DNA of 64,000 nt from Mycoplasmatales bacterium (GCA_014238225.1 JABABL010000003.1:1692-65691), one strand, 5' to 3'; numbered from the stretch's first letter, positions 44,008 to 56,822 are shown. The notes: generated from the letters alone by a model not told the origin. Program-made: numbers and translations.

Positions 44008-45681
44008 ATGTATATGAAAACAGCCACAAGTAAACACAACGCAAACACTGAAGCTGCATATACAAGGTCTTCTAATTTGGAAATTTTTAAATATGTTTAT
44101 AAAAGGTCGACCTTCTCTTTATCTACCTATATCCTCTCTTTTCTTGTTATACTTTTTTTAACGTTGCCTAGTGTTGTTGCCATTGCTACTCAAAACCTTG
44201 ATGTGAGCGCATATAATAACGCTTTTGTTCCGGGATTTAACCAAGGTATAACGTTTTTCTACACCTTTACCATTGCATTTGTTTTTGTCGCGATAAAAAC
44301 GGTTCAAAATTTTACTCAAGAAGGAGAAAGAGGAATTATGCTTATTTTGTTAAGTAAACCGCTTTCTAGGGCTAAAATCTACTTTCATAAGTTTATTGGT
44401 GTAATTCTTTCTGGTATTACTTTCTCTCTTTTCTCTATCTTCACAGCTGGTATCATAACAGTCATCCTTGTAGGAGCGGTAAGTTCATCAGCACCAGACG
44501 GTAATTTCCTTTCTTCTTCCGCCTTTTGAAATCAATGAGTTAACTTTTTTGTTCTAGGTGCTGTTTGAAGTATTTTTCTGACAATAGGAATTACAGTTTT
44601 TTCGTTTGCAGTAGGATTGTTTTTTAACAGCGTTTTTACTTTAATAGTTGTTATTTTAAGTGGTATTATCACTTACTTTTTAGGGGCAATCTTACCTATA
44701 TTAGTTTCTATCAACACAATTATTGATTTTGCAACTGTGGCAGCTGATATTCAAACACAGAGTTTTAATGGGGTTGACAGAGTTGACAACATGGCAGTTA
44801 ATGGATTGCCAATACAAACAGCACTCCGCAATAGAGCAGAACAATTATCTTCTATTGATGGAATTACTGACTTACAGGTTCCTGAATTCGGATACGCTTT
44901 TAAAACTGGCAACTCAGGTAGTGGAAGCACTCAAACAGCCTTTGATGTAGCAAATGATGTCCTAATTGATGCAGAGTACACCACCAACAATTTCTCTCCA
45001 CTTTCCTTGGCTCCCCCCATACCATCTGCTTCTGATTTTGCGAACGGCAATGTACCGGTTTTTGTAAGTTTAGGAGGATTAAATGTTCAAAATAGCGCTA
45101 TAGATGCTTCAAACAGACCTTTTTCGGAATTTAATACAAGCAGGGAGTCAGAATTTGACCCTAACAATCCGTTTATTAATTACAGGGTTTACCCAATAAA
45201 TTTTGCCGATAGTTACCGAAGTGCTCAGCGAATTGGAAGCGCAGTCTACATTTTGAATCTAGGATATCAAATTAACTGAATGTTTGCAAATTTAACTCTG
45301 CAAGTGGGCTTTCCAAACTCCAATAACCCGGACTTTAGTAATGCCAATGTTCCTCCTTTGACAGTTATAAGGGGGAATCTTCCTGAAAGCAACACAGTAA
45401 AAGCGTATCCTTACGCAAATGTCATTTATAGACAAAACGGAGGTCCTGAGCAGACAAGAAGAATTGTCTTATACGATGAAAATTTACAAGTACCCATTCC
45501 TACTAGTGCCGTTAATGCAACTGTCAATCTATCAGATGCGACTGAATCATTTATTGTCACAGGGGAAAATCCAAATGTCGAGTTTTACAGTTCCACAGGT
45601 TTATACGTTGGATACTCGGTTGCTGGAGTTCTTTTAATAACAGCTAGCTACTTAAAATTCCGTAAAAAAGAATATAGCTAA
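44008..45681 (+). CDS. ABC-2-type permease-like polytopic membrane protein with ~270-aa extracytoplasmic domain (557 aa)
   Basis: Three track ORFs are in one frame through TGA. The ABC-2-like signature is QEGERGIMLILLSKPLSRAKIYF, set among 5-6 N-terminal TM segments. A long N/S/P-rich hydrophilic region follows, then a final TM segment (GLYVGYSVAGVLLITASYL). No ATPase gene is adjacent. Confidence 0.55.
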
Positions 45682-45685
45682 TGCT

Positions 45686-46813
45686 TTATTCTTTTAAGAT
45701 TGCTTCTAGTTTTTGTAAATTATCACTAAACTTTAATGGGTCAAAGTGACTTTTAGCGTATTCGAAACATTTTGTTCTCTTGGTCATATAAAGTTCCTGG
45801 TTCTCAACAAGCAATAGTTTTATATTTTTGACTAGTTCATTAACTAGATTATCTTTATTTTCCAGAAGAATACCTCTCTCATTATTCGTCCCTATATATT
45901 TTGTAGAAAGTTCAAAATTGTTTATAGATATTATAGGAATTCCCAACATTAGCGATTGTTTAGCAATAAAGGAATCAGGAGTGATTTTTCTTTCAGTATT
46001 TACAACAACAGTCAATTTGTTTTTTGCTATCTCAGTCATTAGATTTTTTAATTTAGGTAGTGGTTTGAAAATAACATTTGGATATTTTGCTGAATAACTC
46101 ATTATTTCCTTTTGCAATTTTCCAGTCCCCATAAATGTAAATTTTATGTCGGGAAGTTGCGTTGCGGTTTGCAATACAGACAGTATTGATTTTGCATCAT
46201 TTAATACACCTGAATACAAAACCCCATCGTTACCAATTTTTTTGTAATTATAATTTGCAGGAAGGGATTCAGCAACCTCTTCAGATACAAAAACCTTTTC
46301 CGGGGTAATGTTTAAAAGCGAAGAGAATATCTTTTTTTCCTGAACTGTATTTACTAAAATATAATCAATGTACTTATCGTGTTTCTTTTTAATATAAGGA
46401 TCCAAATTGTTATTGCTTTTCAGGTACAAATCTGAACAAGCATGTTTTATTAGGACGAATTTATTTTTCATTAATGTTTTTTTTGGAAGAACATCGAGTA
46501 TAAGAGGTGACGTTATGAAAAATATCTCATTAGAGACCGCCAGATTAATTTTTTCGCTAATTTTTTCGCGAAATATTTTTAAGTGTTTCTGTCGTCCTCT
46601 TTTAGTGATTATGTCTTCGATTTTGTATTGAAAACAAGAAGTGTTGTCTACAAAGTTTTTAATGGAAAAAAAATTCTTGCTGGACTCAGAAACAGTGAAG
46701 GGATCGTCAAATAATTCTATTAGAGTATCAAATTTCAAGTTTTGAATTATTTTATAATTTTTATATCCGCTTGAACTATAAGTGCTAACGCGGTGTAAGG
46801 CTATGTATTTCAT
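45686..46813 (-). CDS. GT-B fold glycosyltransferase (GT4-like) (375 aa)
   Basis: Uninterrupted ORF. The C-terminal half has the typical pattern (FTFMGTGKLQKEI....YPNVIFKPLP.....LTVVVNTER....DSFIAKQSLMLGIPIISIN....TKYIGTNNERGILLEN). Confidence 0.6.
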   Translation of the reverse strand: MKYIALHRVSTYSSSGYKNYKIIQNLKFDTLIELFDDPFTVSESSKNFFSIKNFVDNTSCFQYKIEDIITKRGRQKHLKIFREKISEKINLAVSNEIFFITSPLILDVLPKKTLMKNKFVLIKHACSDLYLKSNNNLDPYIKKKHDKYIDYILVNTVQEKKIFSSLLNITPEKVFVSEEVAESLPANYNYKKIGNDGVLYSGVLNDAKSILSVLQTATQLPDIKFTFMGTGKLQKEIMSYSAKYPNVIFKPLPKLKNLMTEIAKNKLTVVVNTERKITPDSFIAKQSLMLGIPIISINNFELSTKYIGTNNERGILLENKDNLVNELVKNIKLLLVENQELYMTKRTKCFEYAKSHFDPLKFSDNLQKLEAILKE

Positions 46814-46842
46814 ATAAGCATTATAAAACTAAAAATAGTATT

Positions 46843-48021
46843 TTACACATTTTTTACAAAACACAGAGATCCACGACAAATTGTTTTTTCCAAATCATGA
46901 TGCTTATTCATTAAAATAATATCTGCAATCATGCCTTCTCGAATAGAGCCTGTTACATCATTTATTTTCAATAACTTTGCTTGATTGAAGGAAGACATTG
47001 CAACCGCATCGTTTATTGTTACATAGTTAAAACTCAAAATATTTTTATAAGATTGACTCATTTTTCCACCCGAGCCAGCAAGAGTTTCAGGGTGGCCAAG
47101 AAGATGAATTCTGCTATCTTCTTTTTGTATTCGAATGGGCCCCATATTATAAACACCATTTTTTAGTCCCTTTGGACTTACTGAGTCGGTAACCAACATT
47201 ATCTGACTAGTGGATTTTGTTTTTAAGACTAATTCCAAAGTAGATTTAGTCAAGTGAATAAAATCAGCAATGAGCATAACGCTGGTTTTTGGATTTATTA
47301 AAAACTCATGTGCAACAAAAACCTCGTGATGATCTATCCCGGTCATTCCGTTAAACAAATGAGTACAATAAATTGCACCAGCATCAATGTTACTTTTTAC
47401 TTCTGAATTATTGGCTGCGCTGTGACCAATGGATGGAGCAATATTTCGTTTGATAACTTCTTTTGTAAAGGATATTGTTTCATCTGTCGGGGAAAAAGTT
47501 ACCACTCTTATTGAACGATTAGACGCATCTCAAAATGTTTCAAAAACATCCTTGTTATAAGGAATAATATATTTTTCATTGTGAGTTCCCTTTTTATTCT
47601 TATCAATAAAAGGTCCTTCTAGATGAAACCCTTCTAAAAAAGCACCACGTACTTGTTTTTGAATTTTATCAAACAATATCGCGTTTTTTTTCATTGTGGA
47701 TAGTGTAATTTTTACATCAGCAGTTATATAGGTGTATAAAAATCTTGTTGTCCCTTCAGAAGGCAGCATTTTTATTAGGTTTCTCACAGACGCTTCACTA
47801 GCATCCCATATGTCACTTCCATATGCACCGTTTACTTGTAAGTCAATAAAACCTGGAATAGAGTACAACCCAGTACCATCGATTACCTCAATGTCTTTTT
47901 TTGTTGAGATATTATTCCCTATTTTTTCTATCAGGCCACCATTTATAAGGATATCCTTGGTTTTTAATGTTTCATCATGGTTATATATATCAATGTTTTT
48001 AATTAGTATTTTATTTTTCAA
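46843..48021 (-). CDS. nagA: N-acetylglucosamine-6-phosphate deacetylase (392 aa), TTG start
   Basis: IPGFIDLQVNGAYG, FLEGFHLEGPFI, IGHSAAN and THLFNGM motifs. ORFs 47530..48021 and 46843..47505 are joined by one TGA. AAAGGA RBS upstream of TTG 48021. Confidence 0.9.
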
Positions 48022-48721
48022 GCATTATCCTTTTGATTTTCTTATTATAGTTTTGAATTAGGAAAATATCTTGTTTTTTAAAATAAACCTTAATGACATA
48101 ATAAATATAGATTTGAAACAAGTCTACCTGGGGTATTCTTCAAAATATCGAGTTATCTTCTTTCACCAATTTTAATTTTACTCCAAAGCTTTCAACTATC
48201 ATTATTTCTATCTCATCATAATATACTTTTTCTTCAGAGTCATTGTGGAAGAAAGACATATAAACATTCGTAAAAAAGAGTTCACCTCTTTTCATATTGG
48301 TTAGTATATCGCCCTCGCCAATCATAAATCTTGTTATAGATGGCATTCTCGCAAAACAAGTGATACCAGTAGAAAGAGAAACTGGGACACTCAACTCTTT
48401 AAAATTTCTAATCAAAGCAAATCCAATGGCTTCTTGTTCAAAAATATAACTTTGCTCTTCGCCTGTTAATTTTATTTCAAAGTTTTGAGCAATTGCAAAG
48501 CATGTTTTTATAAACTTGGGTGAGTAATTATTTTTGGTTTCAATGTACTTTCTTAAAAGCGACATTCCAAAGACGGTTGCTCAATTTTCATGTGTATCTT
48601 TGAAAAATTCATGAATTGTTTTTTTACTGACTTTTACAGCATTATCAACAGTAATTACTTTGGCTCACTTTTCCTTAAACAATAAATATCCTGGACTATT
48701 AGTTAATCGACGAAATATCAT
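48011..48721 (-). CDS. Hypothetical protein (236 aa if TGA 48140-48142 is read as Trp)
   Basis: ATG 48721 gives MIFRRLTNSPGYLLFKEKWAKVITVDNAVKVSKKTIHEFF..., and track ORF 48140..48565 is its core. Under code 4 it reads on for 42 I/Y/K-rich codons to TAA 48011-48013, overlapping the nagA start by 11 nt. Confidence 0.45.
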
Positions 48722-48743
48722 AATAAAATTATATTATCTTATT

Positions 48744-50276
48744 ATGAAGAATATATACATAAGTACACCGGTCTACTATGTTAACGGAAACCCCCACATT
48801 GGACATGCGTATACAACAGTTGTTGCTGACTTTTTAAAGCGATATTTTGAACAAAGGGGACACCGATGTTTTTTATTAACTGGAACAGATGAACATGGTA
48901 AGAAAATTCTAAGGAGCAGTCAGCAAAAAAATCAAGATGTAGTTAACTTTGTAGAAAATAACGTTACAAATTTCAAAAAATTATGAAGCATGTTGAACAT
49001 TAATTATTCTGTTTTTACTCGAACAACGAACAAAAAACATGAAGAGATGGTTAAAGAGGTTTTTTCTTTTTTATATAAAGCTGAAGAAATTTACCAAGGC
49101 AATTATGAGGGATTCTACTGTGTCAAGTGTGAGGACTTTTTCACAAAAAACTTTTCTACTGATAATCAAAATTGTATGAACTGTAGTGGATCGCTACAGT
49201 TTCTAAATGAAGAAGTTTTTTTCCTCAAGATTACAAACAAAAGAAAATGAATAGTGAATTTATATAGAAACAATCCTGCATTGTTAATCCCTGAGAAAAT
49301 AAAGAACGAATTATTCAATAATTTTATAGATAATGACTTGTCTGATTTATGTGTATCCAGAAAAAAGAATGGATGGGGAATTAAAACCCCTGTTTCCCCA
49401 GAACAAGAAATATACGTTTGATTTGATGCGCTTTTAAGTTACTTAAGTGGATTTAAACAGTTAGAGTTAAAGTCACAAGAAAAAGATTTTTGAAATAGTG
49501 AAAGTATTAAAATCCAAATTATAGGTAAGGAAATATCCAGATTTCATGGACTTTACTGACCCATACTTCTTAATTTACTGAACAAGCCTCTACCAAACGT
49601 GATTTTAGCACATGACTGAATTTTATTTCAGGGAGAAAAAATGTCAAAGTCAAAAGGGAATATAGTTGATCCCGTTCTTTTAATAAGTAAGTATGGAGCA
49701 GATGCATTAAGATTTTTTCTTCTAAAAGAAATTACGATATCCAAGGGTGGTAAATACTCCGAAGAACTGTTAGTGGACTGCATTAATAACAATCTTGTTA
49801 ATGAATTTGGCAATTTGTTTTCAAGAACAATTCAAATGATAATTAAATATAATGATGGAATAATTCCGGAAAGCGATTCGGAATCAGAGGACACCGCACA
49901 TATGAAAAAAATAACTCTTAATAATAGAAAAAAAGTGGAAACACTCTGGGAAAATTATTTCTTTTCAAAGGGAATAAACGAACTTCTCGCTTTTATTAGG
50001 GATATCAATAAAATTATCGAAGATCAGAAACCATGAACACTATTCAAAACAAACAATAAGGCAAAGTTAAATAACTTGCTGAACTTATTATCCAATTGTT
50101 TACTCTATGTAGGGTGAATGTTCCGTCCTGTACTTGTCAACAGTTGAAAAAAAGTGTGTGAAAAGCTTGGAATACAAGATGAAAATCTTGACAACATGAA
50201 TGTTGAGAATTTTGATTTTCTATCTAACAAAAAAGTGAAGAGAACCAATCATTTATTTGAAAGAATAAATGATTAG
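48744..50276 (+). CDS. metG: Methionyl-tRNA synthetase (510 aa)
   Basis: [24 protein letters not shown] (HIGH motif) and KMSKSKGN at 49638-49661. The 390-nt gap 49251-49640 was read codon by codon and holds TGA only. The Zn-knuckle CVKCEDF...CMNCSG is present. Confidence 0.95.
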
Positions 50277-51784
50277 AGTACTTGAAAGCTGACTCTTTCA
50301 TACTTCCATTCTTTTGTATTCTTGGAATTGAAGTAATGGGCGACACCAAATGAAATTAAAATAAGAAGACTTATTACAGGCATTGCATAGACTGGAGCCA
50401 CTAAAATACTATGACCAACCTCTCCGCCTTCCAATATGGCAAAATGTGCAGTTAATGAAAAGACTGCTGCTGTTAGAAATGCCGCAGAATTATATAAAGC
50501 AATTGTTACGGAAGAGACAATATTCGAGTATTTTTGAGCCATTTTTAGTACATAGCCTACAAAAACCCCATACAACACTCCAGAGACAGATCCTTGAATG
50601 AAAAATAGTACGTAATTTACGTATACGCTTAACGTCTCGCTAGGATTGCCAACTGAAACGAGAGATATGCCAACAAAGGTTAGAATGTATACTAGAAATA
50701 AGTAGTATATTGTCCCCTTGCTTTTCTTTTTTTCACCTACAAAATAGTAAACAAATCTCGCAATTGTTAATCCGATATTATAGGTGCTTAAAATCAGTCC
50801 AGCATTCAATTGTGTAAAACCACGCCCTCTTATGATATCGCCGTTGCTAGAATGCGCACCAACTAGAAAAGTGATTCCATAATTGGTTCAAAAATATTCC
50901 GTAGAAGAATAAAATGCAGCCGCAAATAAGAGAAAAACCAGAGATAAAATTCAATATTTATTGTTGCTTCAAAAGCTTTTACCGTTTTTGTTTCTAATTT
51001 CCTGTTCCTTAAAACGGGAAACCGCGGAGTATTTTTTTATGCTAGTTTTTGCTCAATTTGGAATAGTTTTTATTTTCGCAATACCTGATGCCATCTTCTC
51101 TAAATCCCGGGCAGATATTTCAGAAATTTTACTAAACAAAACGTAAATTACAACAACGAGATAGAAAAATGCATTGATTGCAAATGCTGAGTGTCAGAAT
51201 ATACTGCTTCCAGCTCCATTCGTTATTACCTGCTCAATTGTATGTGATAACAGAGTATTTAATAAATAGAAAACAACAAAACCCAAGCCATAAAAAGCCA
51301 AAACCAAATTCAATGACGTCTTTTCTTTTCCTTTTTGAGAAGTGTAACCATAAACTAAAGTATAAACAGAGGGGTGAATTCACCCATTTGCTATTCCTTG
51401 CAATCCTAAAAAGACACCATATAAAACAAGAGTAGCTGTACTTGAAGTTATTAAGGCAGCAGTGCCAGCAGCAGAAAGAAAAAATAGAATAGAACTGAAG
51501 AGAATATTTTTTTTGGCGCCAAACTTATGGACCAAAGGTCCGGAAATTAGATTTCCAAAAACCGAAAATAATATTACTAGTAGGGAAAATGCAAGTATTA
51601 ATGCTTGAGATTCTCCAAAAAACTGACTAACATTAATTATCACCAAGCCTGTTACAGATGTCAGCGAACTGCTCAAAATAATTGTTATGAAAGCAAATAG
51701 CAAGCCTTTTTTTCTTTGTGACTGATCAAAGACTCCGTTTTTATATTTTAAAACGTTGTCTTGCTCTAACTGTTTCTTATCCAT
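50273..51784 (-). CDS. Major facilitator superfamily transporter (503 aa)
   Basis: ORFs 51380..51784 and 50273..50809 are in one frame. The 570-nt gap was read codon by codon and holds TGA only. There are about 12 hydrophobic segments and an MFS-like loop GPLVHKFGAKK. The gene overlaps the metG stop by 4 nt. Confidence 0.7.
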
Positions 51785-51845
51785 TACTTACTAAAATCAT
51801 GACTTGATTGTTTAGTATTATAACAAATAAGAGAGGGAAGCATAC

Positions 51846-52835
51846 TTAAAATAGAAATGTTGCTAGTTCAATGCTCGTTTGGACAATCGTAAAAGATAGA
51901 TGCAAAGGAGAGTGAAAATTCGAAAATATTTCTGTATTATTTTCCAATCAAGAACCGTTCACAATAGATCCGTTACTTTCCACCCTAGAAAAAACAGAAG
52001 AGTCACTAAAAGTTAAAACCCCTGTTTGACTCGCATTGTCTCAGGTTGAAGAAGTTCCATATGTTCCTCCTTCAAGTGATGTAAAAATTCCACCTGTAAA
52101 TACTGAATCAGTGGAAAGAAAAAGAGAATTTAGTTTGTTAATAAAACCACGAACACTCAAGAAATTATAATTACCATTAATCTCTGTTCCCAGCAAATTA
52201 AAGTCTGCATTAACATTTGTAGAGTTTCTCAATAAAGAACCCTTTGTAGCAGAAGTTGCGTTGATAGTTTCTAAAACAACTCTATTAAATAAAGTGTTTA
52301 TTTCAGAAGCAGTGTAATCCCTACTAAATGCATATTCAAAATCGTTATTAGGGATTGAAACAGTTGAGAAGTTTATTTCTGAATTGTTGGATGTCCTAAC
52401 AACGAGAAAAAAATTAATTGTAGTGTTTTTAAGCTTTATCGTTGTTTGTGAAGCAGAAATTTCGGAATTTCTAACCTCCATTGTAATTGTTGAAGGAAAT
52501 GATATTCGAAAGGCACCACCACCGAGATCCGTTATACTTTGCACAAAAAGATTACTTATTGCTGAAATTTCATCAAAATCTTCTTCAATACTTTGCAAAG
52601 AAGGAGAGGCGTTAATCACTGCTAAAAAGCTATTAAGTATAATCTTTGTTTCAGGTGATTCGTTAACATTTAAATTATTTTGATTTAAACTAGCAAAAAT
52701 AATGCTCAAATCATTGAGAATTTCCGGAGGAGCAGGAGGAACATTAGAACATGACTGAGCAAGAAGGAAAACCGGAGCGGCGCTTATCGCGGATAGCGAA
52801 AGCATTTTCGATATGTTTTTGTTCTTTTTACTCAT
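51846..52835 (-). CDS. Surface lipoprotein, short family member (329 aa)
   Basis: MSKKNKNISKMLSLSAISAAPVFLLAQSC-SNVP. ORF 52041..52835 continues through TGA to TAA 51846-51848. Confidence 0.75.
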
Positions 52836-52907
52836 TTCATAATTATAAAACTTTTATTACTTAATTTTATTTTTGTTTAAAATCTATTTTTGAGTAGAAT
52901 AGTTATA

Positions 52908-55745
52908 ATGAACACCAAAGACTTCATCATTGTAAAGAAAGCCAAGCAACACAATTTAAAGTCTGTTAGTCTTAATATTCCAAAAAACAAACTAGTTGTT
53001 TTCAGTGGGGTGAGCGGCAGCGGCAAAACCTCTTTGGCATTCAATACTATTTATGCAGAGGGGCAAAGAAGATATGTTGAATCCATGAGTTCCTATGCAA
53101 GGCAATTTCTTCACTCAGTCAGTAAAGCAGATGTAGAGTCCATAGAAGGATTGTCTCCTTCCATCTCTATTGATCAAAAATCAACTAGTCACAACCCAAG
53201 AAGCACAGTTGGAACCGTTACCGAAATATATGACTATCTCAGATTATTGTTTTCAAGAATCGGCAATCCATACTGTCCTAGAAATCATGGAATTATTCAA
53301 GCACAAACTGTACAAGAAATTGTTAGTCAAATAAATACACACGACAAGGGTCAAAAAATAGAAATTTTATCACCAGTAGTGAGATCACAGAAGGGCACAC
53401 AGCATTTGCTAGTTGAACAGTTAAGAAAAGAGAGTTTTTTAAGAATTCGAATTGATGGTGTTGTTGTTTCACTAGATGACGAAATAAATATTAATAAAAA
53501 TCAAAAACACAATGTGGAAATTGTCATTGATCGACTAATTTTAAATAGAGAAACAGAGACTAATTCTAGACTTTATGAGGCGGTGGAAGTTGCCGCAAAT
53601 TACGGAAGAGGACTGGTTTTAGTTAATTTTTTGGGAAAAGAGGAGGTTTTGTATTCTCAAAGGCACTCTTGCAAAAAGTGTGGATTTTCAATTTCTGATT
53701 TAGAACCAAGATTATTTAGTTTCAATTCACCTGTGGGTGCATGTTCCTCGTGTAAAGGACTTGGTGTAAGACTTGAAGTCGATACGGATATTCTTGTTCC
53801 CGACAAAAACAAAACATTAAATTCAGGCGCAATAGAATATATAAAAAACATAATTGGAACAATGAACATCGAATGGCAAAATTTCAAGACACTTTGTGAT
53901 CACTACAATATAGATTTAAACACCCCTTATAACAATCTAACACCAAGTGAAGTAAAAATTTTAATGAGAGGGAGTGATGAAGAAATCCACTACGTTATAG
54001 TAACTAAAAGTGGCAATAGATACGAAAAATATGACTATATAGAAGGCGTTGCAAGGTTGATCGAAAGAAGATATATGGAAACTAGTAGCGAAGGTGCGCG
54101 AAAATTTTACAAAAAATTTATGAGCGACAAAAAATGTTTACAATGTTTGGGGAAAAGACTTAATGAAGAAGCGTTAAGTATTAAGTTGAATGGTATTAAC
54201 ATAGATGATTTTGTCAAGAAAGATATTAATGATGCTATATCATTTATGAAGAAATTAAAATTAACCGATAAGGAACTTCAAATTGCAAAGCTAGTTTTAA
54301 ATGAAATTTTGCACAGATTAGAATTTCTACAAAACGTAGGCTTAAGCTATTTAAGTTTATCTAGAAGTTCACAAACTCTAAGTGGAGGAGAAGCACAGAG
54401 AATTAGACTTGCTACTCAAATTGGCTCACACTTAACGGGAGTTTTGTACGTTCTTGATGAACCTTCCATAGGGTTGCATCAAAAAGACAACAAAAAATTA
54501 ATTGAAACTCTTAAAAAAATGCGTGATTTAGGAAACACTTTAATTGTTGTAGAACACGATGAAGAGACTTTAGAATCAGCAGATTGAATTGTAGACTTGG
54601 GGATTGGTGCAGGAATCCACGGAGGAGATATAGTAGCAGAAGGAACTCCCGAAGAATTAATGGAAAACGAAAATTCGCTAACTGGGCAGTATATGGCTCA
54701 GAAAAAATATATTTCCATTCCTCGTAAACGAAGAGGCGGCAATTCAAAAAAAATAGAAATAAAAGGAGCAAAGGGAAATAATCTCGCAAACATCGATGTT
54801 ACTTTTCCGTTAGGCAAATTTATCTGTGTTACAGGTGTTAGCGGTAGCGGCAAGTCTACTTTGATAAACGAGACATTATACAAAGGTTTACTACACGAAA
54901 AACAGTACTTGAACATTAAACCTGCTGCCTACAAGGAGATAAAGGGAAGTCAGTATGTCGATAAAATTATAAATATTTCACAGGATCCAATTGGAAGAAC
55001 CCCCCGTAGCAATCCAGCCACTTATACAAGCGTGTTTAATGAAATAAGGGATGTCTTTGCTGATACCCCAGAGTCCAAAATTAGAGGTTATTTAAAGGGA
55101 AGGTTTTCATTTAATGTTAGAGGCGGGCGATGTGAAAAATGCGAGGGAGACGGAGTCTTAAGAATATCCATGAACTTTTTACCTGACGTTTTTGTAGAAT
55201 GTGAAGAATGCAGAGGGAAGAGATACAACAAGGAAACTCTGCAAATTAGATATAAAGGAAAAAATATTTTTGACATATTAAATATGACAATTGAAAATGC
55301 CTTGATTTTTTGAGAAAATCATCCAAAAATCATGAGTAAGTTGAACATTATATTTGATGTAGGCTTAGGATATATAAAATTGGGGCAACCAGCTACACAA
55401 TTGTCTGGCGGGGAAGCTCAGCGAGTTAAACTTGCAACCTTTTTGCAAAAGAGACCAACTGGTAAAAGCATATACATAATGGATGAACCCACGACAGGTT
55501 TACATACAGATGATGTAAAAAAACTAATAGAAGTTTTAAATTGAATAGTTAATAATGGGGATACAGTTGTTGTTATTGAACACAATTTGGAAGTTATAAA
55601 AGTTGCTGATTACATTATTGATCTAGGACCTGATGGAGGGCAGTTTGGTGGAGAAATAGTTGCGAAGGGTACTCCTGAACAAATTGTCGAAAAACAAGTA
55701 GGTTATACCGCTGTATATTTACAAAAAATTTTGAAAAAGTACTAA
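52908..55745 (+). CDS. uvrA: Excinuclease ABC subunit A (945 aa)
   Basis: [18 protein letters not shown]... with two Walker A loops ([24 protein letters not shown]), Zn-finger Cys pairs and ABC signatures LSGGEAQR twice. Track ORFs are in one frame joined by TGA. Confidence 0.97.
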
Positions 55746-55771
55746 AATAATAACTAGAAGGTTATATTTAT

Positions 55772-56362
55772 ATGAAGAACAAAAACAAAAACATCATTTC
55801 CGCAGCACTAGGTATTACTGCTCTTGCTAGCGCAACGACAATAGGAGCAGTTGCCCAAATGTGTTCTACTGGAACAACAAGAACTGACAATATAGAAGAA
55901 ATAGTAAACGACCTTAATGATTTTGATTCTGGAATATTTAATATTGAAAACCCACAAACCCAAATTCAAAGAGACTTTGCAAGAGGGACCAGAGTATTAA
56001 TTTATAATAATATGATGGGTGGAACCCCTACAGCCAATCCAACCGATGACAACCTTGAACCGATCACACTAGATAACATTTATGTTGGTGCTTTAGATAA
56101 TTCAAGTGTTAGTTTTGACGAGGACAGCAACATGTTTACCATTACAATTACTGAATTGCTTGTTACTGCATCACTTTCCTCTGGAAATGTGACCAATAGA
56201 GGAATATGAGGAGGCGCTGCGAACAATACTCCTGACTTTGCAATAGTTATAACTGCATCACTTAATTCAAACCAACGACCTCAAATAAATGCTGATTCGT
56301 TTGGTGTACAAGCGAATGCAACAAACTTTGTCGAAATATTTCCAAATCCTCCCTCTTTGTAA
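55772..56362 (+). CDS. Small surface lipoprotein, single-module family member (196 aa)
   Basis: MKNKNKNIISAALGITALASATTIGAVAQMC-STGT, with module opener EIVNDLNDFDSG. Extends through TGA 56207-56209 to TAA 56360-56362. Located 26 nt after uvrA. Confidence 0.7.
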
Positions 56363-56390
56363 GATAAAAATTTAGAAACGACAATTTAAT

Positions 56391-56822
56391 ATGACAGAAA
56401 CCAATACAATGCACAAAATTTTAAGCAGAAAAGAAAGACGCCTTAAAAATTTTAAAAAGGCACTTAAAATTCCCTGATACTATGTTTGATTTATCTTCGC
56501 TATTGTTTTGATAGTTGCATCTATTTTATTAACATGTGGTTTTTTAATAAACTTTAACACTCCCATAGTGTTTGGGGATCTAAGTTCTGTTAATTTGAAT
56601 CTATTGACTGGAGAAACAAGTGATTCACTTTTTGAAGTAAGAAATATTATTGTTGCACAACAAGCCGCCAACCCAACCGCTAACTACTTGATGATTTGAA
56701 ACCTAGCAGTTTCTGGCTTTGCATTCTTCATGGCTAGTGTTGTTTTTCTTTTCATTTATCAAATTTCATTTTTTATTTATTCCAACACCAAAGGAGTTAA
56801 TCCACTAGATATATTTGAGTAA
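56391..56822 (+). CDS. Hypothetical membrane protein (143 aa, two TM segments)
   Basis: ATG 56391; in frame with track ORF 56508..56699 through TGA codons. Sequence reads ...PWYYVWFIFAIVLIVASILLTCGFLI... and ...WNLAVSGFAFFMASVVFLFIY.... Confidence 0.5.

Noticed and set aside
43883-44065. 60-aa minus-strand ORF between the Panacea gene and the membrane-protein gene as the missing toxin
   Set aside because: It overlaps the 5' end of the 44008 CDS in antisense. It has no RBS or promoter context I can see, and its composition is typical of a random AT-rich frame.
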